From: Octopus sinensis
Lineage: Eukaryota
Length of the DNA: 64,000 nucleotides
Assembly (NCBI RefSeq): GCF_006345805.1
Contig: NC_043007.1
Span: forward strand, 27,900,001 to 27,964,000
Direction of reading: 5' to 3'
Below the pieces are notes generated by a model, which worked only from the letters and a program-made list of their open reading frames with translations, did no database searches and had not been told where the DNA came from. Positions 50,913 to 63,914 of this stretch are shown here, piece after piece; within the stretch, counting starts at the first letter, position 1, and every line of letters begins with the position of its first letter. The translations under genes were made by a program, and so were the position numbers.

Positions 50913-51599
50913 GATATTACTATGGGACTGCTTATCTATCTACCGATCTGTTTATCAGTATATCTCCCTTACTCTGACGATCATCAATTCATCCATTTAT
51001 TCCTACATCTATCTGTCTTTATATCTTCCTATTGTCTTCCTGCCATCTTCCCTCGTCTCTTATACTTTCAATAACGATGTCAAAATCTTCCGCATTCCTT
51101 TCTTTTCTTACGCTTTCCTCATATTTCTTTCAATATCACAACCATACCTTTTGCTTTCCCATCTCCTTTGTCACAATTTTATTGCCCTTACTCTCTATCC
51201 GTCCCCAGCTCTGATACCACAACCACCACCACCACCACCACCACCACCATAACCCCATTTCTCACACGTTCACACGATCTTCCCTCACCGACCCTACCGC
51301 CCAAATAGACTATATGTCATTGCGGTTAATTAACAGTTGACAAGTCGTCCTACTCAATAAAGATTAAATATCTTACAAGGTGAAGAACGCCACCTTTCAC
51401 ATCTGCAAATCTCTTGAGTAAATAAAGCCGCTTCTATTCACACACAACGCTCTGTAAGGCGCCCACGCACGCGCACACTCACCCGAACACGCTGGCTGTG
51501 TCGGTGGTTTCCGGTGCACGTGTCTCAGTATAACCTTTTGTTTCATACAGCTTGTTTTTATGTACGACACAAACACATGTACATTGTCACATACACACA

Positions 51600-51709
51600 T
51601 CCATGCGTGTATATATATATATAAATATAGGTCTGTGTGTGTGTATGTGTTTGTATATTTATATATATATATACACGTATACATTCATACATGCATACAT
51701 ATAACAGAG

Positions 51710-51743
<34 letters not shown>

Positions 51744-51849
51744 ATATATATATATTATATATATATATATACACATATATATATACATATATACACACAC
51801 ACACACACACCACACACACATATATATATATAATATATTATATATATAC

Positions 51850-51882
<33 letters not shown>

Positions 51883-52175
51883 ATATATATATATAATATA
51901 TATATATATACATATATATATATACATGTATATGTATGAGTACATATACATGCAAACATATTTGTGTGTTTATATATATCATTACAAGAGAAATGGTATT
52001 TCGAAGCACCTCATGTTTTGTACATTTTTTACGTGTATTTACTTACAGATACATGCATCACACACAAACACACACACACACACACACACACTCACACACA
52101 CTCACACACGCACAAGCAGACAAATATAGACACGCAGAAACGATACGTAGATACAAATATGTGAGTATATATAAG

Positions 52176-52231
<56 letters not shown>

Positions 52232-52340
52232 ATATATGAACGTATATTCGTCTGAGAGTATGCACATACATCGAGAAGTATATATAGATATGTATGTATG
52301 CATGTATGTATGTATGTATGTATGTATGCATGTATGTATG
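51600..52340. repeat. Clustered (TA)/(CA)/(TATG)n microsatellites
   Basis: Direct reading. Confidence 0.9.
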
Positions 52341-52754
52341 TGTGTATTTCTGTCATCGTTGTTATTTGTACATTTCACTTATAGATATGTTAGACTCATT
52401 AACAAGTGATCTGTTGATTAATCAATATTTTCCTTTTTTTACAGATGTGTCTATACGTGTGTGCGTGTGTGGTGTGTGTGTGCGTGCGTGTTCTGGCGTA
52501 TGTTAGTGTGTATCTGTGCGTATAACAATGTGAACACTAGTTTGTACGTATAGTGTAAGCACTACACACGACGCAGATATTGTTTATTTCATGTGTGAAG
52601 CAGTTCCCCCATGAGCATAGATATATTATTATTATTATTATTATTATCAGCTAATAATAATATATTATTATTATCTGATATATTATTATTATTATTATTA
52701 TCAGATATATTATTATTATTATATATTATATATTATATATTATTATATTATTAT

Positions 52755-52997
52755 ACCTGCGACGATTTCATCTCAATCGAAGGAGAGGAGCTTTCTCCGT
52801 CCGGGTTGCGGATCCGTGGAACAAGCTGCCAGACGAGATGGTGAAGATGCCGACGACCGCTTTGTTCAAAGCCTCCCTGGACCTCAAGTGGCCTGAACTC
52901 TTTACATGAACACCACCCTGTACTTAACTCCATGTCCACCTGCATGGCCTTGCTATTTGCTTTTGAGCGAAATTAACTAACTAACTAACTAACTAAC
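52755..52997 (+). mobile_element. CR1-like LINE 3' end with (CTAA)n tail
   Basis: Reads LRRFHLNRRRGAFSVRVADPWNKLPDEMVKMPTTALFKASLDLKWPELFT*; ends in ctaa repeats. Confidence 0.85.
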
Positions 52998-53157
52998 ATA
53001 TTATATAGTATATATTATATATTATATATTATTATTATTATCATTATTATTATTTTTACTATTATTATATATTATATTAGAGAAAAACCAAAAACCAAAA
53101 CAGAATGCGTATCTCAAGTCATGTAGAACAATTCAGTTAGGTTAAGATGAATTTAAA

Positions 53158-53232
53158 GTCTTACAGCCGTTTCTGGGATAATTCAAGGGGTAGGTTGTCA
53201 TGTCCCTGCATTGGGAATTCCATCATCAGAGA
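53158..53232 (-). ncRNA. Type I hammerhead ribozyme (left arm)
   Basis: UCU-CUGAUGA-UGGAAUUC...GAAUUAUCCCA-GAAAC GGCU GUA^AGAC. Confidence 0.65.
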
Positions 53233-53613
53233 TGATATATGAATATTTTAGTTGGGAAAAATGTACAGTTCACAAGGAATAAAATTGATAGTTTATAAAG
53301 AATGAAATAGAAAAATAAATGATTAAACAGAGGAATAAAGTGTAAAGGTTGTTAGAAGAATATAAGCAGTAAAAAAAATTTTCACAACTCATCATTTTTC
53401 TGAGGATATGGATTTTGGTTGTTACTTCCATGAAAGTTTCTGGCCCTTCGACCAACATCCATATCCTCTGGAAAAAGATGAGCTATGAACATTATTCTCC
53501 TGCCTATATTCTTCTAACTACCTTCACTCGTATTCTTCTATTTTATTCCTCATAAACTGTGAATTTTATTCATTATAAATTGTAAATTATCACGCCTAAA
53601 GTATTCATACTTT

Positions 53614-53689
53614 GTCTCTGATGATGGATAGCCCAGTGTGTGAAAATGCTAACCTACCACTTGGGTTATCCAAGAAAAGCCTGGAAGAC
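53614..53689 (+). ncRNA. Decayed hammerhead (right arm)
   Basis: GUCU-CUGAUGA-UGGAUAGCCCAG..UUGGGUUAUCCA-a-GAAA-AGCCUGGA-AGAC; stem III and cleavage triplet mutated. Confidence 0.55.
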
Positions 53690-53912
53690 TCACCGTAATT
53701 AAATTATTCATAATTAAATTATTCATAAAAATTCATCTTACCGTAATTAAATTATTCTAAATGACTTGAATGATAGTTCGAATCACACGTGACTCGAGAT
53801 GTGCTGAAGATTTTCTATTTTGGATATATTTGGGGTACTTAGGTCTGCTCAGGTCTTAGTGCTTGCTTTTTCCATGGGTATGAGTAAGTATTTCATTTAT
53901 GTCTTACGTATT

Positions 53913-53971
53913 TATCCCTGAGGAGGGGAAAATTCTTATGAATTAACCCTGAAATTGGGACCAATACGGTA
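53913..53971 (+). ncRNA. Type I hammerhead-like motif
   Basis: UAUCc-CUGAGGA-GGGG aa AAUUC uuau GAAUU aa CCCU-GAAA-UUGG ga CCAA-UA^cGGUA; closing stem I pair is C.C. Confidence 0.65.
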
Positions 53972-54104
53972 TTAACGAAATTTTTTAGAAATTTCTTTCG
54001 GCTTGTTTCGAGACGCATAAATTATAATGGTTATTGACAATTTTGTCTATTTTCAGCATATTTGGCATTAGAATTTTTCTTTTGCCCTTATTTTATAAGT
54101 TATT

Positions 54105-54147
<43 letters not shown>

Positions 54148-54399
54148 TTATGTATCTATGTATATATAATAAAATTCAATTTATTTACATATGAAAATTA
54201 ACATTTTTTTAATTAAATATATTTGGATGGAACCTACCTCTAATTTTCATATGTACACTGTATATTTTTTTTACACGGTTACATTTTGCACGGCAGTCTT
54301 TGGAACGTATTCCCCGTGCAAAAGGGACTTCAGCGTCCTTATTCCTAGGGCATGTTTTGAAGAGAGCAGTTCGATTTTAAGTTATTTTTCAAAGTTAGA

Positions 54400-55524
54400 T
54401 GGGAAGTGTATGCGTTCAATAAGGCAACAATGCCACGGAAAGAGCGATGAATATTAATGTAGTATATGGAGATTGGACAGTAAGCGGTGGTTCCAGAAAT
54501 TCGGAACCGGAAAATACAGTCTAGAAGTCACGTCACGTACTGGAAGATGTGTAGAGCTCGGTGAGGACATCCTGCAAGCACTTTTCCACGCTCGATCAGT
54601 ATAAGTGGGACTATTACCAATAAAGGCATAACAAACTAAACAGAGGGCACAAATGTAACCATCGTAACTGTTGAGGAACTAGCAGAGAAGCTTGGGTTTG
54701 GTTATTCAACCATTCATCGACAACTGCGTGCCATCAGCAAATTGGGTCAATGGGTTCTTCACAAACTTTCCGAGTCTAATCTCGCCCAGGGTGTAAATGC
54801 GTTCTTTTCTTTGCTGCCACGTCTCACGAATGAACCTTTTTGGGGGGACAGGATAGTGACTTGTGGCGGGAAATGGGTTCTCTATAAAAAGGTCAAGCAC
54901 CAAATACAGTGAGTAGGGAAAAGAGAAACAGCGGTACCCCACTAAAGAAAGTCTTCATCCACGTAACGTGTTGTTATCTGTTTGGTGGGTCATGAAAGGT
55001 GTAGTCCACTTTGAACTTTTAAAATCAAACCAAACGATAACAAAGGAGACCAAATGTGAGCAGCTTGAGGCGCCTTGAGTCAGCGCTAGAAGGAAAACGA
55101 CCATCTTTGATTTCAAGATGAAAGATGTTCTTCCATGAAGATAAAACTTGGCCACATACAGCGAGAATGACATTCAAAGGCTGGAGCAAGTTGAATGGGA
55201 AACGATGTCCCACCCGCGAAATTCTCCGGACATTACTCCATCTGATTATCATTCATTCCGCAGTTTTCAAAACGATTGGGACGAGAAAAGCATGAACTCT
55301 GTAGACGAGGTCAGAACAGTACTGGAGGAGAATTTTAAAATTTTAGAGAATTTTTAGAAGGGCATTTTAGAAGAAGGGCCTTGCAAGTTTACCAGATAGA
55401 TTGAAGAGCATTGCAGGCAATGAAGGAGAGTATATTTTTGATTTAAAAAGGAACTGTTTTTATCTTAATTTCGAAAAATAAATGAAGTATAAAAAACCGC
55501 ATTATTTATGGGATGATCCATTAT
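54400..55524 (+). mobile_element. Decayed mariner transposon (DD34D)
   Basis: WFQKF, WVLHKL (WVPHEL-like), DRIVT..KWVLY, HEDKTWPHTA, SPDITPSDY with 34-residue spacing after one frameshift; right TIR aaaaccgcattatttatgggatgatccatta+TA; left TIR not found. Confidence 0.9.
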
Positions 55525-56159
55525 ACATATTGTGGTCATCCGTTCTGTTTCCAAATTTCGAATTCACTGTTAATATAATTACCTGCCCGAGATGCCGCGC
55601 AGGGGGACAGAACCCGAAAAGAACATGGGTGTAACTCGAATTTCCTAAACACATAGCCATGCTTTCTCCGATATATGAATATTCTATATTAGTTCCGGAT
55701 TTATGAGTTGTCTTCAGCTAAGCATATTTTCCCTTTTATTTTTCTTTTCAAATTAGGGATCAGAGAATCGTCGAAATGCCGAAGAAGAATGTACCTGTCA
55801 AAAACCTATGGATGTCCATTCAAATGAAAATCAAGAGACTTTTTTAATAAAAGAAAAACAACAACAAAAAACATACGAACATTAATCTATATAATGTAAC
55901 GATCCGAAACACTAAAGAAAATGGTTGACATTTAGTTTCGTTCAATTATTTATTACTTTTCCCCGCCATAAATTCTAAATTCAATTCGCAATGTGATCAA
56001 CTCTGCCATTTTCACAATTCAAAAGCCTATAAAATAACATCATTCGGTAAATCTTCACACGACTCCTGAGAAATCTGACTTGCAACTTACTTAAGAAATT
56101 TATATTTATCTAATTGAATTATGTTTATATGTTGAGTTTATTAAGTGGCATCTGTTTTT

Positions 56160-56170
56160 CTTTCATCATC

Positions 56171-56256
<86 letters not shown>

Positions 56257-56447
56257 ACCATCATCGTCATTTTCATTATTATTTGTATCATTACAATCAC
56301 TTATATATCATTACCATTATCAATATTACTATTAATATTATTATCATTGTTAACATCATCATCAGTGTTTTTATAATTAATTTATTATTATTACCATTAT
56401 TATTATCATTATTATTATTATTACTATTATTATACTATTATTATTAC

Positions 56448-56510
<63 letters not shown>

Positions 56511-56606
56511 CATCATCATTAACATTATCATTATTATTATTATTATTATTTTTATCTTTATTTTCATTGTTATTATTATATTATTATTATTATATTATTA
56601 TTATTA

Positions 56607-56638
<32 letters not shown>

Positions 56639-56661
56639 TATTATTTTTATTTTTATTTTCA

Positions 56662-56706
<45 letters not shown>

Positions 56707-56710
56707 CTTC
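56160..56710. repeat. (CAT)n/(TAT)n microsatellites
   Basis: Direct reading. Confidence 0.95.
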
Positions 56711-57714
56711 GGCTTGAATTTGATTCTTCTCTCGATTTTTAATTATTTACTATTTGCTAAAAATTGAATGTTCGTTTGTTGTTTTTTTTTCTTAATGTTT
56801 CCTTTTATTATTATTTTTCTTCTTGTTGTTGTTTAATTTTTGTTTTACTCATTAAACTAAGGATACGAACCACTTTAATTGTCCTTCAACACAATGACAA
56901 TAAATCTGAAGCGAATTCAATTGATTTGAACTATAATTAATTGGAATGAATAACTTCCAGATACTAACGTTTCATTAAAATTGGCTGCTTATTAAATAAG
57001 ATAGAATTAACAAATTAAACCAAGCCTTTATTATTATTTTTAATTATTTATTTCTTTTAGATTTTTTGCTTCGATACGAATAAAATATTATTGGTACTTG
57101 AATTCTACAGTTTATTAAAGTTAACCATCATGTTATCATTGGAAACTCTTGAAGAGTTTAATTCCTGGGTAGGTAGATTTTAATTACTTAATGTGGCGAT
57201 ATGGTTCAATTATCCTTCCGGTATTTAATTTTGACCTTCAACATTTCTGGGGTCAAATTCTGCTGAGGCCAATCAACACTGCTGTACAACATTCTGAGGT
57301 TATTCGCATAAAATATTGAATTCAAATGTTATCACAAAGCAGCAAATTCGAGGGTGGGGTCAACTGGTTGCTATTTTATCGACACCGCAAACATAAAAGG
57401 CTAATGGGCTTCGGCGGGCTTTGGACCCAGAATGTGAACATTATTTACTCGTCTAAGGTACCACGCAGTGGGACTGAACCCGGAAGAAGCTTTATACCTC
57501 ACAGCCACGTCTGCAACCATGACGGTTTCAAATTTTCGTTCAAGGTTTGTCGGTTACATCAACCCCAGTATTTAACTGGTTCTTCGTTTCGTCGAGCAGG
57601 AAAGACTGAAAAGCAAAGTTGCCTTCGGCGAGATTTCAGTTTATAAAAGAAAAGCATTTTGTTCGACGCACCAACAATTCACATTGCCACCCTAATATTT
57701 CACATGCATAGGAC

Positions 57715-58075
57715 GGCAAGCTAGCAGGAACATTGACCCGCCGGGCAATATGCTCCTCTTTGTGAGTGAATTTGATAGACGGAAACTTTCTCTGTGCGTG
57801 TATGTGTGTGTCTAAGTGTGCTCGTGTGTGTGTGTGTGTGTATGTGTGTGTGTGTGTATGTGTGTGTGTGTGTGTTTGTCCTCCCCCACATACTGCTTGA
57901 CAATTCGTGTTGGTTTCGTTACGTCCGCGTAAATTAGCCGTTCGGCACCAGCGAACGGTAGTATAATCGACGGCCGTTTTAAAAACAAAGTCCTAGAGTT
58001 GATTTGTTCTACTAAACCCTTCAAGACAGTTCTCCGGCATGGCTGCAATCCAATGACTTAAGGAAATTAAAGAAG
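57715..58075 (+). mobile_element. SINE family B, degraded
   Basis: gtgagtgaatttgatagacggaaact..(GT)n..gcttgaca..cggcatggctgcaatc. Confidence 0.75.
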
Positions 58076-58537
58076 ACAAAAGTAGACATATCATTTGTAT
58101 AATTTATTGGACATGTCACAAATCTGTCATCGTGTGACACTTGTCAACAGTTAAATGCGACATTATTTTAACGCAAATCGCGATAATGTCAACGATTACA
58201 TTGTTAAGATACAAGATATTCTTAATCAATTTACCAATAACAAAATAATATGGCGGCCGTTAACTTGGTCAAGGTCTTCCTACTCTAGAAAATTCCTAGG
58301 CAATCACCAAACATAAACTAACTCTCTTCCTTCACGCCGATTCGAAATAAATTAAGTTATTCATTTCCGTTGTCAGAGAGAAAAATCGAATTACTCTTTT
58401 TTGTCGCTATCCGACCTTACTACTCATTCTCTCTTTTCTATTCGAAATCCAACTTCCCCTGGCGCATCCGACACCACTTCTGCTCTTTGTATCTCCCTAT
58501 ACGGCCTTCTGATCTAAATATCGTTTTTTTTACACAG

Positions 58538-58560
58538 ATCGAAGTTTACTAAAAACAGGA
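58538..58560 (+). other. Candidate 23-nt micro-exon (cgttttttttacacag|...|gtatgt)
   Basis: Consensus-like acceptor and donor only. Confidence 0.15.
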
Positions 58561-58684
58561 GTATGTAAATGGGGATTCGATGGCCATAAGTAAAACTTGA
58601 TGAAGTAGGAAAAAAAAAACTACTGCCAGCTAAAACGGATAAGTAATGGTCGCATTAGAAAACAAAGGAAGACGTGAAAAAATT

Positions 58685-58840
58685 TGGTGGTTGCATCGTA
58701 AGAAGATTGGTTCCTAAGCACATAGTTCCGGGTTCAGTTCTACTGCGTGGCACCTTGAGCAAGTGTCTTCTATATGGCCACAGGGCGGTTAAAGCCCAAT
58801 GAATGGATTTGGTAGACGGAAACTGAAAGAGGCCTGTCAT
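58685..58840 (-). mobile_element. SINE family B 5' part (CORE block)
   Basis: Plus-strand reading gttccgggttcagttctactgcgtggcaccttgagcaagtgtcttc...ggatttggtagacggaaactgaaag; note this copy is in the sense (+) orientation of the family consensus, so treat the strand as +. Confidence 0.7.
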
Positions 58841-59013
58841 GTATATTTATACATACACACACACACGCACCTTCGTTTTGGGATCACCACTACTTTATTC
58901 TCTCCCTTTCTTCCTAGCTCTCCTGCCTGATTACCTCCTTCCGGCTATCGCCATGATTGACCGCTAGCCACTAAAGCTTATTTTATTATCTCTCTATTTA
59001 TTTCATCGTGTTC

Positions 59014-59049
59014 CTTTCTGTTGAAGAGCGTAGGCTCGAAACGTAAAAG
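59014..59049 (+). ncRNA. Minimal hammerhead-like motif with variant core (paralog of 31098)
   Basis: CUUU-CUGUUGA-A-GAGC guag GCUC-GAAAC GU A^AAAG. Confidence 0.55.
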
Positions 59050-59199
59050 TCTTTCTCACCTTCCCGAGCGTTAAAATTATATACATGTTTGTTGTTTACA
59101 CACCTGTGTTGGTCTTTTGTATTTTTTGTAAATTCCAACTATATATATGTATATGTTGCAATCTTTGGTCACAGTAATGGCAGAAGAAAGGGGGATGGG

Positions 59200-59856
59200 C
59201 AAGAAGAAGAAGAAGAAGAAGAAGAAGAAGAAGAAGAAGAAGAAAGAGACGTAGGTGAATAAGAAAGAGAAGAACAAGAACAAGAAAGGGAAGAAGAGGA
59301 AGAAAAAGAAGAAGAACAAGAAGAAAGAGAGAAGAAGAAAGAGAAGAAGAAGTAGAAGAAGAAGAAGAAGATGAAGAAAAAGAAGAAGAAGAAGAAGACA
59401 ACGGCTACAAACTACAAACACAAGAAAATGGAGAGTAAAAAGGGAAAAAGAGGAAGAAAGAAAAGAAGAAAGGGGAGCAGGAAGTGTAGGGGACGCTGTG
59501 GCAGCCATATTTCTGTGTAACGTCATCATGCACATCAACATCAACATCATCATCGTCAATGTGACCTCCACCACCACCATCACGATCATCATCATAACTG
59601 TCATCGTTGTCGTCATCGTCTTCGTCGTTGTCGTCGTCGTCATAATCGTTATTACAATCATCATCATCATCATCATCAACATCCACAACACCAGAACACA
59701 ACCACCACCACCACATCGACACGACCTCAATATTTCGACTTTTATCTTTCCATCATTATCGTCAACATTCACCGGTAACGTCACCATAATCACCATCATC
59801 ATAATCATCACCATCATCATCATCATCATCATCACCACCACCATCATTATCATCAT

Positions 59857-59897
<41 letters not shown>

Positions 59898-60187
59898 CCA
59901 GCACCATCATCACCACCATCATCACCACCACCATCATCATCATCATCATCACCACCATCACCATTATCATCATCATCATCACCACCACCACCACCACCAC
60001 CATCATTATCATCATCATCATCATCCCCAGCACCATCATCACCACCATCATCACCGCCATCACCACCATCATCATCATCATCACCACCACCACCACCACC
60101 ATCATCACCAGCATCATCATCATCATCATCGTCATCGTCATCACCACCACCATCGCCGCCACCACCACCACCATCGCCACCACCACC

Positions 60188-60221
<34 letters not shown>

Positions 60222-60245
60222 TCATCACCATCATCACCATCGCTC
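59200..60245. repeat. (GAA)n tract followed by (CAT)/(CAC)n low-complexity tract
   Basis: Direct reading; source of the M/V-, D/G- and I/T-rich ORFs. Confidence 0.92.
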
Positions 60246-60399
60246 TTCCCTATACTTATTACCCTTTTCCCCATTCAGCATCACTTTGTTAATTTCATTA
60301 CCATTTTCCATCTTCAGATAATTCTCAATGTTAAATTGGACAATTCTAAATATAATTACCATTAAATTTACATTTTTTACCAATATATTGCAATATATA

Positions 60400-60460
60400 C
60401 GTCTCAACCTATATATATATGCACACATATATGTATACATATATATGTATGTATATATAT

Positions 60461-60505
<45 letters not shown>

Positions 60506-60885
60506 TATAGACATATATATATATATGTATATATATATATGTATGTTTATATGCATGTATGTATGTTTATGTGCGCATATATTTGTGTATATATGTGTGT
60601 AAAAAAAACTGAGAGTACATCTAGCTTTCAACTGTTCTCCCTGTTATATCTACGTATATATACATCAAATTATCAATCTAGCAATCTCTCGCTCTCTCCC
60701 ACTGTCTCGCGTCATCTTTGTTTCCCTCTTTTTATACGTACATAGAATTAGAAACACACACGCGTGCGCATGCATGCGCAGGCATGCGTACACACAGTGC
60801 AGCACACACACAGACACACATACAAACACCACCACACACACACTCACACACACACACATACACACACACACACAACACACACACA

Positions 60886-60918
<33 letters not shown>

Positions 60919-61025
60919 CACACCCACACACACAACACATAATATATATATATATATTATATATATATATATTATATACCTGTGTATATGTATGCATATA
61001 TACAAGTATGACTAAAAATCTATCG

Positions 61026-61056
<31 letters not shown>

Positions 61057-61427
61057 AATATACATATATATACATATAGATATATGTATATATATATATG
61101 TATATGTATGTATGAATGCATATATATATATCATTTGCCATTTTAAACGTATAATCATATGAATGTGCGCGCACACACATCTATCTCCCTTTTCCTTTGT
61201 ATATCATGAAAATGTATGTTTGTATCCTTGTTTGTATGTACGTATGTATGTATGTATATGCATACATATGCAAAGACATACGTCCAAAACCTATCCATTT
61301 ATACACTCATACAAATATATTTGTGTGTATGTATGTGTGCGCACTTGTTCATATCACTCGCATTCACACACACACGCACCACAAACACATTCATATAATT
61401 ATCATTATATATATATATACAGGCATA

Positions 61428-61475
<48 letters not shown>

Positions 61476-61480
61476 ATATA
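60400..61480. repeat. Clustered (TA)/(CA)/(TATG)n microsatellites
   Basis: Direct reading. Confidence 0.9.
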
Positions 61481-62162
61481 TCTATATCTGAAGTAGGTCT
61501 TTCCCGTCCCCCCCCCATCCATATGTCTATATATTTAGCTAGCTACAAATTAATACCTCTATTCAACCACTCAGTTTTATTGGTCTATATATATTGTATA
61601 CTTCCTCCATTTACTCATATTGAAGCAGATTCTTATATAAAGAAATTGTATACAGAGAGAAAAAAAAACACACACACACAAACACACGTAAAACACAGAA
61701 TGTAAAACAGAACAACAAAGAAATACTAATATCATTGGCCAATTTATTACCAATTAAATTTACTTCTGAAGATTCAGCGGTGTCTTTTCATAATATATCT
61801 TCATATTTTCCATTTATTAATTTTTTTTTGTTTAATTATATATATATTCTCAATCACCATCTTTTCCACTAAAACGATTGCGATTATAAAGGCCACGAGG
61901 TTTTTTATTTTATTTTATGGAGGTTCAAGTGAATGGCCGTTTTTTTTTTTGCTTGTTTTGTTCTTTTCTATTTTAATATTTTGTTTTCTTTTTTCATAGC
62001 AATTTTGTGAACAATAGCCTGTTCGCTTTTTAGGTTTCCAAACGGACCAATCGCTGGTTCGTACCACCTTCTGACGTAGAGAGTCCCTAGGGAGCGTCAG
62101 TGAATCGGTGGGCTTCGTTCGAAAAACTATGGACATTTACGCTTTATAATATATTTACGCGC

Positions 62163-62460
62163 GTGAAGGCGCAGTGGCCCAGTGGTTAGGGCAGCGGACT
62201 CCCGGTTGGAGGAGCGCGGTTTCGATTCCCAGACCGGGCATTGTGATTGTTTATTGAGGTAAAACACGTAAGGTTCCACGAGCCTCCGTCAGGCGGTGGT
62301 GGCGATCCCTGTTGTACTCTTTCGCTACAACTTTCTCTTACTCTTTCTTCTTAGCCAGCGGGGTCGCGTCATTTGAAGGCTAAAGCAATGCGAAACGCAT
62401 TGTGACCAGCGATGTGTAGCAACATCTGATAGCCTGGTCGGTCACAGTCATCACGGTGAT
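62163..62460 (+). mobile_element. SINE family C with tail type iv
   Basis: Family C head; unique tail gccagcggggtcgcg...caatgcgaaacgcattg...ggtcacagtcatcacggtg. Confidence 0.88.
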
Positions 62461-62467
62461 ATATATA

Positions 62468-62695
62468 GGCGAGCTGGCAGAAACGTTAGCGCGCCGGACG
62501 AAATGCCTAGCGGTATTTCGTCTGTCGTTACGTTCTGAGTTCAAATTCCGCCGAGGTCGACTTTGCCTTTCATCCTTTCGGGGTTGATAAATAAAGTGCC
62601 AGTTTCGCTCTGGGGTCGATGTAATCGACTTAATCCCTTTGTCTGTCCTTGTTTGTCTCCTCTATGTTTGGCCCCTTGTGGGCAGTAAAGAAATA
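62468..62695 (+). mobile_element. SINE family A, near-intact copy
   Basis: ggcgagctggcagaaacgttagcgcgccggacg...ggcagtaaagaaata. Confidence 0.95.
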
Positions 62696-63179
62696 TATAT
62701 ATACATTCATACATACATAGGTGCACACACACGCATAAATAGGTAAATGATAGTGAATGGAATGGCTGGGATCCTGTATTTAAAATCGCTATAAACGTGT
62801 CGACACATTTTTACACCCATTGTACATTGGCGATATGCTGTGTAATCATTATTGCGAAGCCGAGGGGTTTGTTTAAACAATCTTCAATACGTCCTTCATT
62901 ATATTCGACTGACATTTCACTCAGTGGGAAATGTACACATACACACACGTGTGGTATGTGAGTGCGCATATGCTCGCGCGTATTTTTGCATTATATTTGT
63001 ATAGGTGCCTATGTTCCGGACAATAGTTCACAAAGCATCACAATTCGCTGAATTCAGACCTGGAGCAGAGAAGGCATCTTATAGATGAGGTCACGAATGT
63101 CACAACAGGACTTTCACAAACCTAGGTGACTGACTGCCGAATCATATAGTAAATTAGTTAAGCGATAACTATTTTAATC

Positions 63180-63251
<72 letters not shown>

Positions 63252-63532
63252 GGTACTGAAACCTATTTGAAAATGATACCAGGCTTACCATTCGTACAGG
63301 AAGTGCAAAAAATCGTGTTTACTGGAAAGGCTCATGTACTGAGAAGAGCATTATCGCTATGAAAAGAACATCCATTCATGAATTTATTTATTTATTTATT
63401 TATTTATTTTTTAAATACATATTTTACCTATGAATTCGCGTGTGTAATCTGGGAATGCATAAAATGAGCTTCTCTGCCCTAGGTGTACGGAAAACACCCG
63501 GCGAGAAACGGAAGAAAATTTGAAGAAAGAAG

Positions 63533-63533
<1 letters not shown>
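63252..63533 (+). mobile_element. 5'-truncated R4/Dong-like LINE 3' end inside a (TAA)n tract
   Basis: GTETYLKMIPGLPFVQEVQKIVFTGKAHVLRRALSL*; ctgccctagg 3' motif as at 9597; (TAA)n on both sides. Confidence 0.85.
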
Positions 63534-63601
<68 letters not shown>

Positions 63602-63625
63602 TAATAATGATAATAATAATAATAA

Positions 63626-63661
<36 letters not shown>

Positions 63662-63914
63662 AAGTAGTTGTGGGGAAGAGAAATGATGTAGGTAGAAATG
63701 TTCTATGAGACCTCCATAACAGCAACGAACAAGTATTTGAGGAATTATGTACATTATTTACATTATTTACATTTGGCGGATATTTGTCCACATCTTGTTT
63801 GTTGTTAACATAAAGTTTCGGCTGATATACCATCCAGCCTATACACTCACAAAAGCACACCTACATACATACACACATAGACACACATTCACACGCACAC
63901 ATACACACATCCGG

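Larger units (their letters stand above)
53112..53772. mobile_element. Diverged head-to-head inverted pair of PLE-end-like sequences (~660-bp imperfect palindrome)
   Basis: Arms align through gttagaagaatata.gcag, ctcatc.ttttt..gaggatatggat, ccatcatcagaga and aattcatctta..atgacttga. Confidence 0.75.

Noticed and set aside
55757-55885. Acceptor-like site followed by a 42-codon open frame (also 63059-63126 and 62033-62090)
   Set aside because: No homology, partner exons or codon evidence; cannot be supported without RNA data
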